DNA from: a virus
Direction: 5' to 3' (one strand)
Virus genome (UHGV): UHGV-0186982
Length of the DNA: 23,918 bases
Part shown: positions 7,654 to 16,125 of the stretch, in pieces
Numbering within the stretch: the stretch's first letter is position 1
Layout: each line of letters starts with the position of its first letter
Notes under the pieces: model-generated
The model's input: only the letters and a program-made list of their open reading frames with translations
What the model was told of the DNA's origin: nothing
Database searches by the model: none
Made by a program: the position numbers and the translations under genes

Positions 7654-10133
7654 CCGCCGCATCAACTGCACCTCACATCGCGCAGCCAGCTCGCGCTGAC
7701 GCCACCCGGTATGATTACGAGTGGCAGAAGCCGAGACCTGCCATTTATGTTGATAAGACTCCTGCTGTTGATCTGGTTGAACTTGGTCAAGAGAAGGAGT
7801 TTTTGGCGTGGGTAAAAGTCACCCTTGCGCCGCTACCTCGCTTTATTCGCCTGCGTCTGGCTTCCCGCGTCGACAGCATTCACACCATGAAGGGCAGACA
7901 CATCGCCCGCCTGGCGCTGCGCGATATCATCCGCAGGGATCTGCCGCCTATCAATATGGTTAATGAGCAATATGCTATTGCGATGACCGATGAGGCTAAA
8001 TCTCAGGCCGATACGGCATTTAAGGGGTTAAACCCGCTTTATCACACGTTTAACACCCTGCATGGGCTGGTTGAGCGCTTTAATCGCCTGCCGGATTTCA
8101 CGCCGGAAGATGTCGAGCTGCTGGCGCAGGATATCGCCATCTATATGCGGTCTGTGCTGAGTGAAGTTCACGAAACTATAGAGACGCAGAGTGATCGCAA
8201 ATATGCCGGGTACCTTTACACCGAAGCGGCCATCCTCGCGCGGCTTTTCTTCCTGACGCCACCGAGCTGGGGAAAGTATTGTCGCGGCGCGTTGTTTATT
8301 GACGAAGCTACTACCGGCATCAGCAAGATGCTGGATGATCGCTACTGGCACCGCAACCTGAAAAAGTACGCCACGCGCTGGCGCGAGCATCTGCACATTG
8401 CTTTTGGCGATGTGAAACGGGGTGCTGCACCGTATTGCAGCAAGCACCACGTTGACGAGTGGGACGCCAGGCGCAAGCGCAGCCGCGCGATCATGGCCCG
8501 CCTTGAACTGGAAGACCAGGATACCAAAGAGCGCATTTCACTTATCGAGCAGATCGATAAGAGCATATCTAACCCGGCGTTGCGCCGCGTTGAACTTATG
8601 ACCCGTATCGGCGGCTTTGAGAAAGTCGCCACCGAAAGCGGCTACGCGGGTCAGTTTTTTACCCTGACAGCGCCATCCAAATACCACGCATATACCGTAT
8701 TCGGTCATCGTAATGCCAAATGGAACGGCGCCAGCCCAAGATCCACGCAGCGCTACCTTAATCGGGTATGGCAGAAAATCCGCGCAGAGCTGGCCCGCCG
8801 CGAAATCCCGGTTTTTGGTCTGCGCGTGGCCGAGTCTCACCACGACGGTACGCCGCACTGGCATGGCCTGCTGTTCTCTTTGCCGGAACATTCCGCCGAG
8901 CTACTGGAAGTGATGGAAGACTACGCCACCCGCGAGGACGCGGAAGAGTTACAGGGTAAGCATGGCAACCAGCCGCGCTTTGACATGAAGCCTATCGATC
9001 ATGAAATCGGCAGCGCCACCGGCTACGTGGTGAAGTACATCAGTAAGAATATTGATGGCTATGCGCTCGATGGTGAAACTGACGACGAGAGCGGCCGGCC
9101 ACTCAAAGAAACATCTAAACATGCTACTGCCTGGGCTTCATGCTGGGGTATCCGTCAGTTTCAGTTTTTAGGCGGCGCGCCGGTGTCTGTCTGGCGCGAG
9201 TTGCGCCGGTTCCGCAATCAGGAGCAGGCCGACAAGATAAACCCACTGTTTGCCGAGCTACACCGCGCGGCCGATGCTGGCGACTGGCAGCAATACACTC
9301 AATTACAGGGGGGCGCACTGGTTGCCCGCCGCGATCTGCCGCTGCGTATCTGGTACCAGCAGAAAGACGAGCCGAATGATTACGGTGAATATCGCGACCT
9401 CATCAAAGGCCTGATGATGCCAGCCGTTCAGATCCCCCCCATTGAAACCCGCCTGCATTCCTACTCAATCGTAAGGAAGAAACCGGAGGTTTTAGACGAC
9501 TCCGGGCAGGCAGTTGACTTTGATTTTGACCTTCCGGGCGCGTCTGCGCCCTCTAGGACTCGTGTCAATAACTGTACCGAGGTTAAAAAACGAACAAATC
9601 AGCCCCCCGGATCACCGCCATTAATGACAGTGCCAGCTGAGCGGGAAGAGCCTGAACAGTTCGAGATCGGTCAGTTAACACGCGAACAGCGAAAACAGGC
9701 GTTTGAAAGCATCCATAACCACAAACCGCAGCGGCATAAATCCCCCGCCGATGAGTTTGAGGCGCTGGCGTACAGCATTACCGTCGGCGACTGTACAGAA
9801 TTTGACACCCGCAGGGCAGAAAGTTATCTCAAGGCCGCCCAGGAGATTAGGCGGAGAGAACAGGTTTTATCACCGGAAATCGCCGGACTGGCGGGCTTAG
9901 TTCAGTCATGGGCGAAAGTGAAGAAGGTGCTGATCAGTAAACCGCAGGCTATACAGCTGGCGCGCGGTAATGAAGTGACGGTGCTGGATACGGTATATCG
10001 AGCGCATCCGGTTACGGGTGAGTTGATCATTGCAGGCGTTGATAAACCGTGGCGCAAAACTCTTGCAGATCATAAGGCCGGCGAGCTAGCGGCTCGCTGG
10101 AAGAAGGCAGCTAAACGGAAAAATGAGAGGTAA
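7650..10133 (+). CDS. A: Replication initiation endonuclease, P2 gpA family (rolling-circle HUH nickase)
   Basis: HUH motif TPHWHGLLF and catalytic tyrosine motif GYVVKYISKNIDGY; 827 aa; position after the early genes. Confidence 0.9.
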   Translation: MTAASTAPHIAQPARADATRYDYEWQKPRPAIYVDKTPAVDLVELGQEKEFLAWVKVTLAPLPRFIRLRLASRVDSIHTMKGRHIARLALRDIIRRDLPPINMVNEQYAIAMTDEAKSQADTAFKGLNPLYHTFNTLHGLVERFNRLPDFTPEDVELLAQDIAIYMRSVLSEVHETIETQSDRKYAGYLYTEAAILARLFFLTPPSWGKYCRGALFIDEATTGISKMLDDRYWHRNLKKYATRWREHLHIAFGDVKRGAAPYCSKHHVDEWDARRKRSRAIMARLELEDQDTKERISLIEQIDKSISNPALRRVELMTRIGGFEKVATESGYAGQFFTLTAPSKYHAYTVFGHRNAKWNGASPRSTQRYLNRVWQKIRAELARREIPVFGLRVAESHHDGTPHWHGLLFSLPEHSAELLEVMEDYATREDAEELQGKHGNQPRFDMKPIDHEIGSATGYVVKYISKNIDGYALDGETDDESGRPLKETSKHATAWASCWGIRQFQFLGGAPVSVWRELRRFRNQEQADKINPLFAELHRAADAGDWQQYTQLQGGALVARRDLPLRIWYQQKDEPNDYGEYRDLIKGLMMPAVQIPPIETRLHSYSIVRKKPEVLDDSGQAVDFDFDLPGASAPSRTRVNNCTEVKKRTNQPPGSPPLMTVPAEREEPEQFEIGQLTREQRKQAFESIHNHKPQRHKSPADEFEALAYSITVGDCTEFDTRRAESYLKAAQEIRRREQVLSPEIAGLAGLVQSWAKVKKVLISKPQAIQLARGNEVTVLDTVYRAHPVTGELIIAGVDKPWRKTLADHKAGELAARWKKAAKRKNER

Positions 10134-10135
10134 AC

Positions 10136-10693
10136 ATGAAGCATTTCAGCACTAAAGCAATCAGATCAGTTATCGCCGAAATGAACCGGCAGGACGAGAA
10201 ATGGGGAGCTGACCGCGATCAACATCCGTTCGTCTGGCAAACCATTCTTAGCGGAGAGGTCGGCGAATTCAGCCAGGCAATTTTACATGATGAATTTGGA
10301 GGCCATAAATCAGGAACGGCACGCGAAGAGATGGTGCAGATCGCCGCCGTCGCTCTCCAGATTATCGAATATTACGATCGCCGCTGCGCGCCTGCGGCGG
10401 AATCTGAACAAGTTCACCCGGCGCTCGCCATGCCGGCCATCCCGGCGGGGCGTGAAAAAATCGGCGGCTGCGACTGGCTGGACTGGAATCAGCTGTCAGC
10501 GCTCGGTCTTATTGTCCGCATTAACGCAGAAATTCTTCACCCGCTTGGACTGGCAATTTTCCGTGATCCGGCTTCCGGCATCTCAGCGGGGGCCATGATT
10601 TCGCCAGATGGTAAATGGGAGTATGCGCCTGATGTTATTGATGGGCTGCGGGTAAGACTCTCCGATCACTCAGGAAAGCACGGTCACTTTTGA
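10136..10693 (+). CDS. Hypothetical protein, possible MazG-like nucleotide pyrophosphohydrolase N-terminal domain
   Basis: SD gagagg before ATG; LSGEVGEF...AREEMVQIAAVALQIIEYY resembles the paired acidic helices of MazG/HisE-type all-alpha NTP-PPases; C-terminal 100 aa unassigned. Confidence 0.45.
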   Translation: MKHFSTKAIRSVIAEMNRQDEKWGADRDQHPFVWQTILSGEVGEFSQAILHDEFGGHKSGTAREEMVQIAAVALQIIEYYDRRCAPAAESEQVHPALAMPAIPAGREKIGGCDWLDWNQLSALGLIVRINAEILHPLGLAIFRDPASGISAGAMISPDGKWEYAPDVIDGLRVRLSDHSGKHGHF

Positions 10694-10769
10694 CCGTGCT
10701 GGCCATTCTATCGAGCACCGCCATTTTTGGCGGTGCTGCAGGTGTTATTTTTTGGGGAGCGAGAAGGCT

Positions 10770-11465
10770 ATGAGTTATCTGGGAAGCAAAGCGGCCAGCG
10801 GTGTTTATCAAAAAATCATCGCTGAAATGCCGCCGCACGATACCTACATTGAAACGCATTTAGGCGGCGGCGCGATCATGCTGCGCAAACCTCCGGCAAA
10901 AGTGAATTGGGGGATCGATATCGACCCGCAAACCATCGAGGCGTTTAACCAGAGCAACCCTGATTTTCTGGATAGGATGGCGGACACCCTATTTATTGAT
11001 GTTGGGGATGCCGTCGAGTTCTTGTGTTGTTTCGATTACGCCTCCGCCGGCCGCGTCTTAATTTATTCTGATCCGCCTTATCTCCATGAAACGCGCTCCA
11101 GCTCCGCGCGCTATCGGCATGAGTACACCGTTGGTGATCATTACCGCCTGCTGGGATTACTCTGCTCGATGCCGGAAAACGTGAGCGTAATCGTATCGGG
11201 GTATCCTTCTTCGGTTTATGACAACGCCCTGCCGCGCTGGCGCAGCAAGGAGTTTCAGGCCATGACGCGCGGCGGCGTTCGTACAGAGAAAATCTGGATG
11301 AACTACCCGGAAGGCCGGGCGTATTCGCACGCGTTCGCCGGTAAAGACTACAACGATCGCTATCGGATTAAACGAAAAGCGCAGAGATGGAAGGAAAAAT
11401 TTGCAGCGTTACCACCCGCCGAGAGGTTGGCGATCATGGTGGCGCTTGGTGAGGTCGAAATTTGA
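10770..11465 (+). CDS. DNA N6-adenine methyltransferase (second D12/Dam-like MTase)
   Basis: N-terminal YLGSKA and catalytic YSDPPY; ATG at 10770 preceded by gagaagg (track ORF starts at upstream TTG 10752). Confidence 0.8.
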   Translation: MSYLGSKAASGVYQKIIAEMPPHDTYIETHLGGGAIMLRKPPAKVNWGIDIDPQTIEAFNQSNPDFLDRMADTLFIDVGDAVEFLCCFDYASAGRVLIYSDPPYLHETRSSSARYRHEYTVGDHYRLLGLLCSMPENVSVIVSGYPSSVYDNALPRWRSKEFQAMTRGGVRTEKIWMNYPEGRAYSHAFAGKDYNDRYRIKRKAQRWKEKFAALPPAERLAIMVALGEVEI

Positions 11466-11583
11466 TTACGTTATTTAATGGAAGAATGATTGTTGTGTGG
11501 TTGATGTTTGCCACTAGTATTGCTATTGTCTATTCATTGTTTGATGCTTGTTTGAGTCTAAATAGAAATCTAATGGTGAAAAT

Positions 11584-11937
11584 ATGTTAAATAATCAGGA
11601 TTATGCTTTCATTAACAATACAGTAAATTCAATTAAATCAACAATGATCAGCCTTGCTAGTGAGTACGGCCCTGATTATTGTTCAGATTTTCTGATTACG
11701 TTCGAATCAATTAAAAACAATACGAGTCGGCTACGACTAACGGATGTGACCATTAACGAATACATATCGCTTATTCGTGGTCATAACATGAACGTTCAGA
11801 GCCATCCACAAGGATTGCTGGTACAAGCTCACGTTAGCTCGATTTTGCTGGCTCCGAATGATGCTGTGGCCCTATCGAATTCTCTCCAGATGTTTCGTGG
11901 CCGCGCAGCCCTCAACGGCGATTACGAGAACATCTAA
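11584..11937 (+). CDS. Hypothetical 117-aa protein in an AT-rich island at the tin/old-equivalent position beside cos
   Basis: Clean ORF in a sharply AT-rich block (about 11466..11940) flanked by GC-rich phage sequence; no recognisable motif. Confidence 0.55.
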   Translation: MLNNQDYAFINNTVNSIKSTMISLASEYGPDYCSDFLITFESIKNNTSRLRLTDVTINEYISLIRGHNMNVQSHPQGLLVQAHVSSILLAPNDAVALSNSLQMFRGRAALNGDYENI

Positions 11938-12082
11938 GCACGAAACGAAATGGTTTTCTATCGCGCAAACTTGCACAAATTTGCACAATTTTTGAAACGA
12001 TGTTTTTGCTATGCAGCGCCAGCACTGGCGGGGCATGGGCAGTCTGCGCAGAGTGCACAAAAAGAGGCATGTTTAGCGCGCA

Positions 12083-12101
12083 GGCGAGGCGGGGGAGCAA
12101 G
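12083..12101. other. cos site (cohesive-end region) of the P2-like genome
   Basis: ggcgaggcgggggagcaag followed by cgcgcgct closely resembles the P2 cos 19-nt end GGCGAGGCGGGGAAAGCAC-TGCGCGCT as I recall it; correct position just upstream of the minus-strand portal gene. Confidence 0.55.
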
Positions 12102-12336
12102 CGCGCGCTTTGGGGGTAGGGAAGGGGTCGGTATACCTCGCCAAAAGCTGCCTGCCGGGCGCGCACTTTCGCGGTGCATCCGGCGAGCGCGTAGGAAAAA
12201 GCCCGCCAGAGTGGCGCTGGCTGCGTCTGGTTGGTGATATGACATTGAAGTGTTGCAGGTTGGCCGACATGGCCAGGAATGGTGATGCTGCAGGTCGGTA
12301 CTGCACCGCCGGGAATGGCAGTGCGGTACCTTCAGA

Positions 12337-13389
12337 TCACTTCGGGGTTTCCAGCAGGGCGTAAGGGTTGAAGCGGATCACCTCTTCACCGAGCCAGTCG
12401 TTAACATGCTTCATCGCTTCCATGACCGGTGTCAGTTCGTTGACCGCGAATACCCTGGCTGCCTTCTCGACGTCGCCGAATGATCCGTTGCCTTCAGGTA
12501 TGGCGCCCATCAGTTGCGGCGGCACGCGGTGAGCCGCAAGCATGTCGTCACGCGTGGAGGACTTCACACCCACAAACTCATCCTTTGCCGATATCTGGCT
12601 GAAGGGCAGGATCTGCACGGCATCTTTGCCGACACCGGGCGCACTCAGCAGGATGTTTTTAAATGCCCCGCCGCGCCGGGTATCGGTCAATGTCTTCTTC
12701 AGGTTCTCCAGGCTTTCCCCGTCAGCCACTGCGCTGCTGACGTAGACAATACAGCCGGCATGCGACCCGTTGTCGTAGTAGAGCTTGCGGAACTTGTCGG
12801 CGGAGTGCGCCAGGTTCGCCGACAGCAGGCCGGCGAAATACTCCGGCATGCCGTAGATCTCCTGGTGAATATCCGGGTTGATCACATGGCACACCGAACC
12901 GGTTTCGAACGGGTGGTCATCAAGGCCAGACTGAATAAACCAGTAGGTGTCTAGGTCGGAACCGCGCCGGGTGTACTTCGCCAGCGAGTTACGAAAGCCC
13001 ATTGGCCCATTCAGGCGGTTGCGCCGCATCTCAAGGTACGCATTGCCGAACACAAACCAGTCGAGCGCAAAGGCGCTGAACGCCTGGCGCGATAACAGTT
13101 TGTGCGGGATAAAGCATCCGGCCAGCACGTTACGCTTGAAGAACAGCGCCGACTGGTGCCAGCTCGCATAGCCGAACTGGCGGGCCAGTCCGTACCAGCT
13201 GATCGGCGTCTCGTAGTACCGGCCATTATTGGCGCAGTACATGTTATCCAGCAGGTCATGAGCACCGGTCACCGGCCACGGGCCGTCGAACGTGAACGCG
13301 CTCAGGCCGGGGGCCGACTTCAGCGCGTCGGCGAGGTCGGCTTGCTCTCTGGCATACTGCCTGCCGCGCGGGGATTTTCGTCTGCTCAT
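12337..13389 (-). CDS. Q: Portal (capsid portal vertex) protein, P2 gpQ family
   Basis: 350 aa; first gene after cos on the minus strand; start overlaps the P stop (TGATG); P2 synteny. Confidence 0.85.
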   Translation of the reverse strand: MSRRKSPRGRQYAREQADLADALKSAPGLSAFTFDGPWPVTGAHDLLDNMYCANNGRYYETPISWYGLARQFGYASWHQSALFFKRNVLAGCFIPHKLLSRQAFSAFALDWFVFGNAYLEMRRNRLNGPMGFRNSLAKYTRRGSDLDTYWFIQSGLDDHPFETGSVCHVINPDIHQEIYGMPEYFAGLLSANLAHSADKFRKLYYDNGSHAGCIVYVSSAVADGESLENLKKTLTDTRRGGAFKNILLSAPGVGKDAVQILPFSQISAKDEFVGVKSSTRDDMLAAHRVPPQLMGAIPEGNGSFGDVEKAARVFAVNELTPVMEAMKHVNDWLGEEVIRFNPYALLETPK

Positions 13390-15110
13390 CAGTACTCCAT
13401 AACAGTCATAGTGTTTCCGCCTTCCTGACCCAGCGGCTCGTTAACGGTGGCGAGCATGGTCGCCCAGGCGAGATCGCCGTGACTCACGCCCCGGGCGCGG
13501 TCGGTGTCGTAGGTGATGACGCCGCCGGGCGTGACCACCTTGCGCACGGCACAGAAAGCGGTGATGAGGTCGTATTCGCCGCGGTCATACTCCCAGCGGC
13601 CAGCGCGGATCAGTTGCAGCATTTTCAGTACCAGCATGCGCTTGCTGGCTGGCGAGAACTGGTAGCACACCGCCGCAGGGAAACGCTTCCTCACGAGCTG
13701 ATAAACCGCCTCACCAATGCCGCTGCCGTCGATACCGATGTGTTGCACGTTGTAGCGTGTGAGCATGTTAATAATCATGGCGGCCTGCGCCTCAAACTCC
13801 ATGCCGCGTACGCGAATGGTTTCAATCGTGCGGAACTTGCCGCTGGGGATCAGTGGCGCCGCGTTAACAGAGATGGCCCCGCTGTCGCCTTTGCCGCTGG
13901 AGCCGTTGGGGTCGTAGCCAATCCACACCGGGCGATCGGCCATTGGTCGCATGGCGTAAGGTTTCCAGTCCGGCCACTCGTCGTAACCGTCTGCGCCGCA
14001 GCTCAGCAGCATGTTGTAGTCAAAGGCGGTCTCACCGTTCTTGATGAAGGTGCAGGCGTAGAGGTTGTCATACTCTTCCGGGCTGTTTTCTTCGCGGATT
14101 TCGTCAATGTCAGTCAGATCCCAGCCGTTATCGACCGCATCCTGCAACGTGACGATCTGGCGCCAGATTTTGTCCGGGCACATCAGCCCGCTGTTAAGCG
14201 TCTTCCAGGACGTGTCGAACTCCACGCGCTTACCGTGGCTGCGGCCTTTGTTGAAGGCTTCACCAGACCAGAAGGGGTACGCTTCGTGACTCTCTGCCGA
14301 TGGCGTGGAGAAGTAGGTGCGCGTCAGTCCTTTCAGCGTCGCCATCGCACCAGCCACTTTCTTCAGGTTGGCAAACTGCCCGACCCAGAAAAATTCGTCA
14401 AAGTACAGGTTGCCGGTGTATGACTGCGCGGTTGCGGCTGACGTGCCGAGAAAGTGCAGCTCCGCGCCGTTGAACAGCTGGATCATGTCACCGCCCTTTA
14501 GCTCAACATCAACTTCAGCAGCAGCGGCACGAATGAAGCTGCGGAACTGGTACGCCTGACGACGACTCGCCGACAGGAAGATCTGGTTGAGCTGGTGCTT
14601 GTATTTCACGTCACCCGTTAGCGCACGCAGCAGCGCCTCGCGGGCAAAGTACCAGGTCGCGCCGACCTGCCGGCTCTTCAGAATGGCCCGGTTACGGTGA
14701 TGAAGGTTTTCATACCAGGTTTTTTGGTGCCAGTGCAGTGAGTCGATGATGCTGGCACGCAGCGCGGAGATCTGCGCCTCTGAAAAGAAGTTTTGTTTCT
14801 TGCGGATCTTCTTCTTCGGCTGCGTCACTGGCGTGCCGTTATCCAGCTTTTTGAGCTGTCGGGTCAGCAGGTCAATTTCCTTGAAGTCGCCCCCGGTCTT
14901 TGTGTCCTTACTGGTGAGCTGGATCAGTCGTGCATCAATGGACGTCGTGACGCGCTGAACTGGCGGCGTGCTGTCCCATTCGTCACGTTTTTTCCATGAG
15001 TAAATCGTATTCTGATTGATACCCATCAGGCGCGCGATTTCCGCCGGGGGGTACCCCTGCCAGTAGAGCTGCCGTGCCCGCAGCATGATGAATGCTTCTT
15101 CAGTCGCCAT
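13389..15110 (-). CDS. P: Terminase large (ATPase) subunit, P2 gpP family
   Basis: 574 aa from ATG at 15110, which has a strong SD gaggagg 4 nt upstream (the track ORF extends to an upstream alternative start at 15182); divergent from O as in P2. Confidence 0.85.
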   Translation of the reverse strand: MATEEAFIMLRARQLYWQGYPPAEIARLMGINQNTIYSWKKRDEWDSTPPVQRVTTSIDARLIQLTSKDTKTGGDFKEIDLLTRQLKKLDNGTPVTQPKKKIRKKQNFFSEAQISALRASIIDSLHWHQKTWYENLHHRNRAILKSRQVGATWYFAREALLRALTGDVKYKHQLNQIFLSASRRQAYQFRSFIRAAAAEVDVELKGGDMIQLFNGAELHFLGTSAATAQSYTGNLYFDEFFWVGQFANLKKVAGAMATLKGLTRTYFSTPSAESHEAYPFWSGEAFNKGRSHGKRVEFDTSWKTLNSGLMCPDKIWRQIVTLQDAVDNGWDLTDIDEIREENSPEEYDNLYACTFIKNGETAFDYNMLLSCGADGYDEWPDWKPYAMRPMADRPVWIGYDPNGSSGKGDSGAISVNAAPLIPSGKFRTIETIRVRGMEFEAQAAMIINMLTRYNVQHIGIDGSGIGEAVYQLVRKRFPAAVCYQFSPASKRMLVLKMLQLIRAGRWEYDRGEYDLITAFCAVRKVVTPGGVITYDTDRARGVSHGDLAWATMLATVNEPLGQEGGNTMTVMEY

Positions 15111-15176
15111 TTGTCCTCCTCGCTTCCTGCCGGGGAGATTAACCCGCGCGCGCGTGCCCTTTCGCCCGCTTTTGGT

Positions 15177-15194
15177 TGTCACAGTTCCCTCACA
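15177..15194. promoter_or_regulatory. P2-type late promoter activator site (TGT-N12-ACA) in the P/O divergent region
   Basis: TGTcacagttccctcACA between the P and O starts; this dyad is the Ogr/Delta-family late-activator site of P2-like late promoters. Confidence 0.5.
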
Positions 15195-15267
15195 ACAACA
15201 ACGCGTTGAGCGCGTGCGGCACCGCCTGCCATCATCACCGGGAACTCAACCAGATGAGCAAAAGAAC

Positions 15268-16101
15268 ATGGCTAATCAGGCAACCACCCGCAAGAAATTT
15301 AAGGTCATGACGTCCGGAACAACGGTCGATGGCCGCAATGTCACCCGCGCACAGCTTCATGCGATGGCGGCAGCGTACAACCCGGCAGTCTATGGCGCGC
15401 GCGTCAACATTGAGCACTATCTTTCCCCGTTCCCTGACAGTGTATTTAGCGCTATGGGGGATGTTGTTGCACTGTCCGCTGAGGATATCAACGAAGGCCC
15501 ACTGACCGGGGAGGCGCATCTCTTTGCAGAGATTGAGCCCACTCAACGCATGAAGGACATGCTGGCCGACGGCAAGAAGGTCTATTCCAGCACCGAAATA
15601 CACCCCAGCTTCCCACTGACGAAAGGCCCGTACCTTATGGGGCTGGCGATGACCGACACCCCGGCAAGCCTGGGTACCGATAAGCTGAAATTCACCGCTG
15701 AAAAGCGCGCCGAGATCATGCGTTTCAGTTCGCAGGATGCAGAAGTCACCTTGTTTACCGCTTCTTTTGAGGCCGAACTGATGCAGGAAAATCAGAACCG
15801 TAATGATTCAGGTAAGGAATGGTTCTCCCGCGTGATGGGCATTCTCGGCAAGGGTCAGAAAACCGACGATCAGCGTTTTAGCCAGGTGCATCAGGCTGTT
15901 GAGGTCGTGGCGCAGTCTCAGGTTGATCTTGGCGAGCAGTTCAGCACCTCCGAACAGGAGCGCCAGCAGGACAAGGCCGCCATTCAGAAGCTGACCACTG
16001 ACCTTGCCGCACTGCGCCAGCAGCTTGAAGGGACGGACGGCAACTTCAGCCAGCGCCAGCCAGCGAACGGCGGCGCTAACGCGCAGCTCGCTGACTACTG
16101 A
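15268..16101 (+). CDS. O: Capsid scaffolding protein, P2 gpO family
   Basis: MANQATTRKKFKVMTSGTTVDGRNVTRAQLHAMAAAYNPAVYGARVNIEHY parallels the P2 gpO N-terminus; start set at ATG 15268 rather than the upstream track start 15085, which would overlap P. Confidence 0.85.
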   Translation: MANQATTRKKFKVMTSGTTVDGRNVTRAQLHAMAAAYNPAVYGARVNIEHYLSPFPDSVFSAMGDVVALSAEDINEGPLTGEAHLFAEIEPTQRMKDMLADGKKVYSSTEIHPSFPLTKGPYLMGLAMTDTPASLGTDKLKFTAEKRAEIMRFSSQDAEVTLFTASFEAELMQENQNRNDSGKEWFSRVMGILGKGQKTDDQRFSQVHQAVEVVAQSQVDLGEQFSTSEQERQQDKAAIQKLTTDLAALRQQLEGTDGNFSQRQPANGGANAQLADY

Positions 16102-16125
16102 TATCCATAACGAGAGAACCCGCAC

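Noticed and set aside
10287-10598. 103-aa alternative-frame ORF inside the 10136..10693 gene
   Set aside because: Fully nested out of frame in a better-supported ORF that has a clear SD; Arg-rich translation.
11912-12364. Five overlapping 77-95-aa ORFs on both strands in the cos region
   Set aside because: Mutually overlapping in a very GC-rich non-coding stretch that holds cos; Arg/Ala/Pro-rich translations; no RBS; chance open frames.
13479-14423. 314-aa plus-strand ORF antisense to terminase P
   Set aside because: Lies wholly inside a well-supported gene on the opposite strand; Arg/Ala/Gly-rich composition typical of spurious open frames in GC-rich DNA; no RBS.
15085-15267. Upstream extension of the scaffold gene O to 15085, and of terminase P to 15182
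   Set aside because: The extensions would make the divergent genes overlap each other and the late promoter; the internal ATGs at 15268 and 15110 have better context (strong gaggagg SD for P) and match P2 N-termini.
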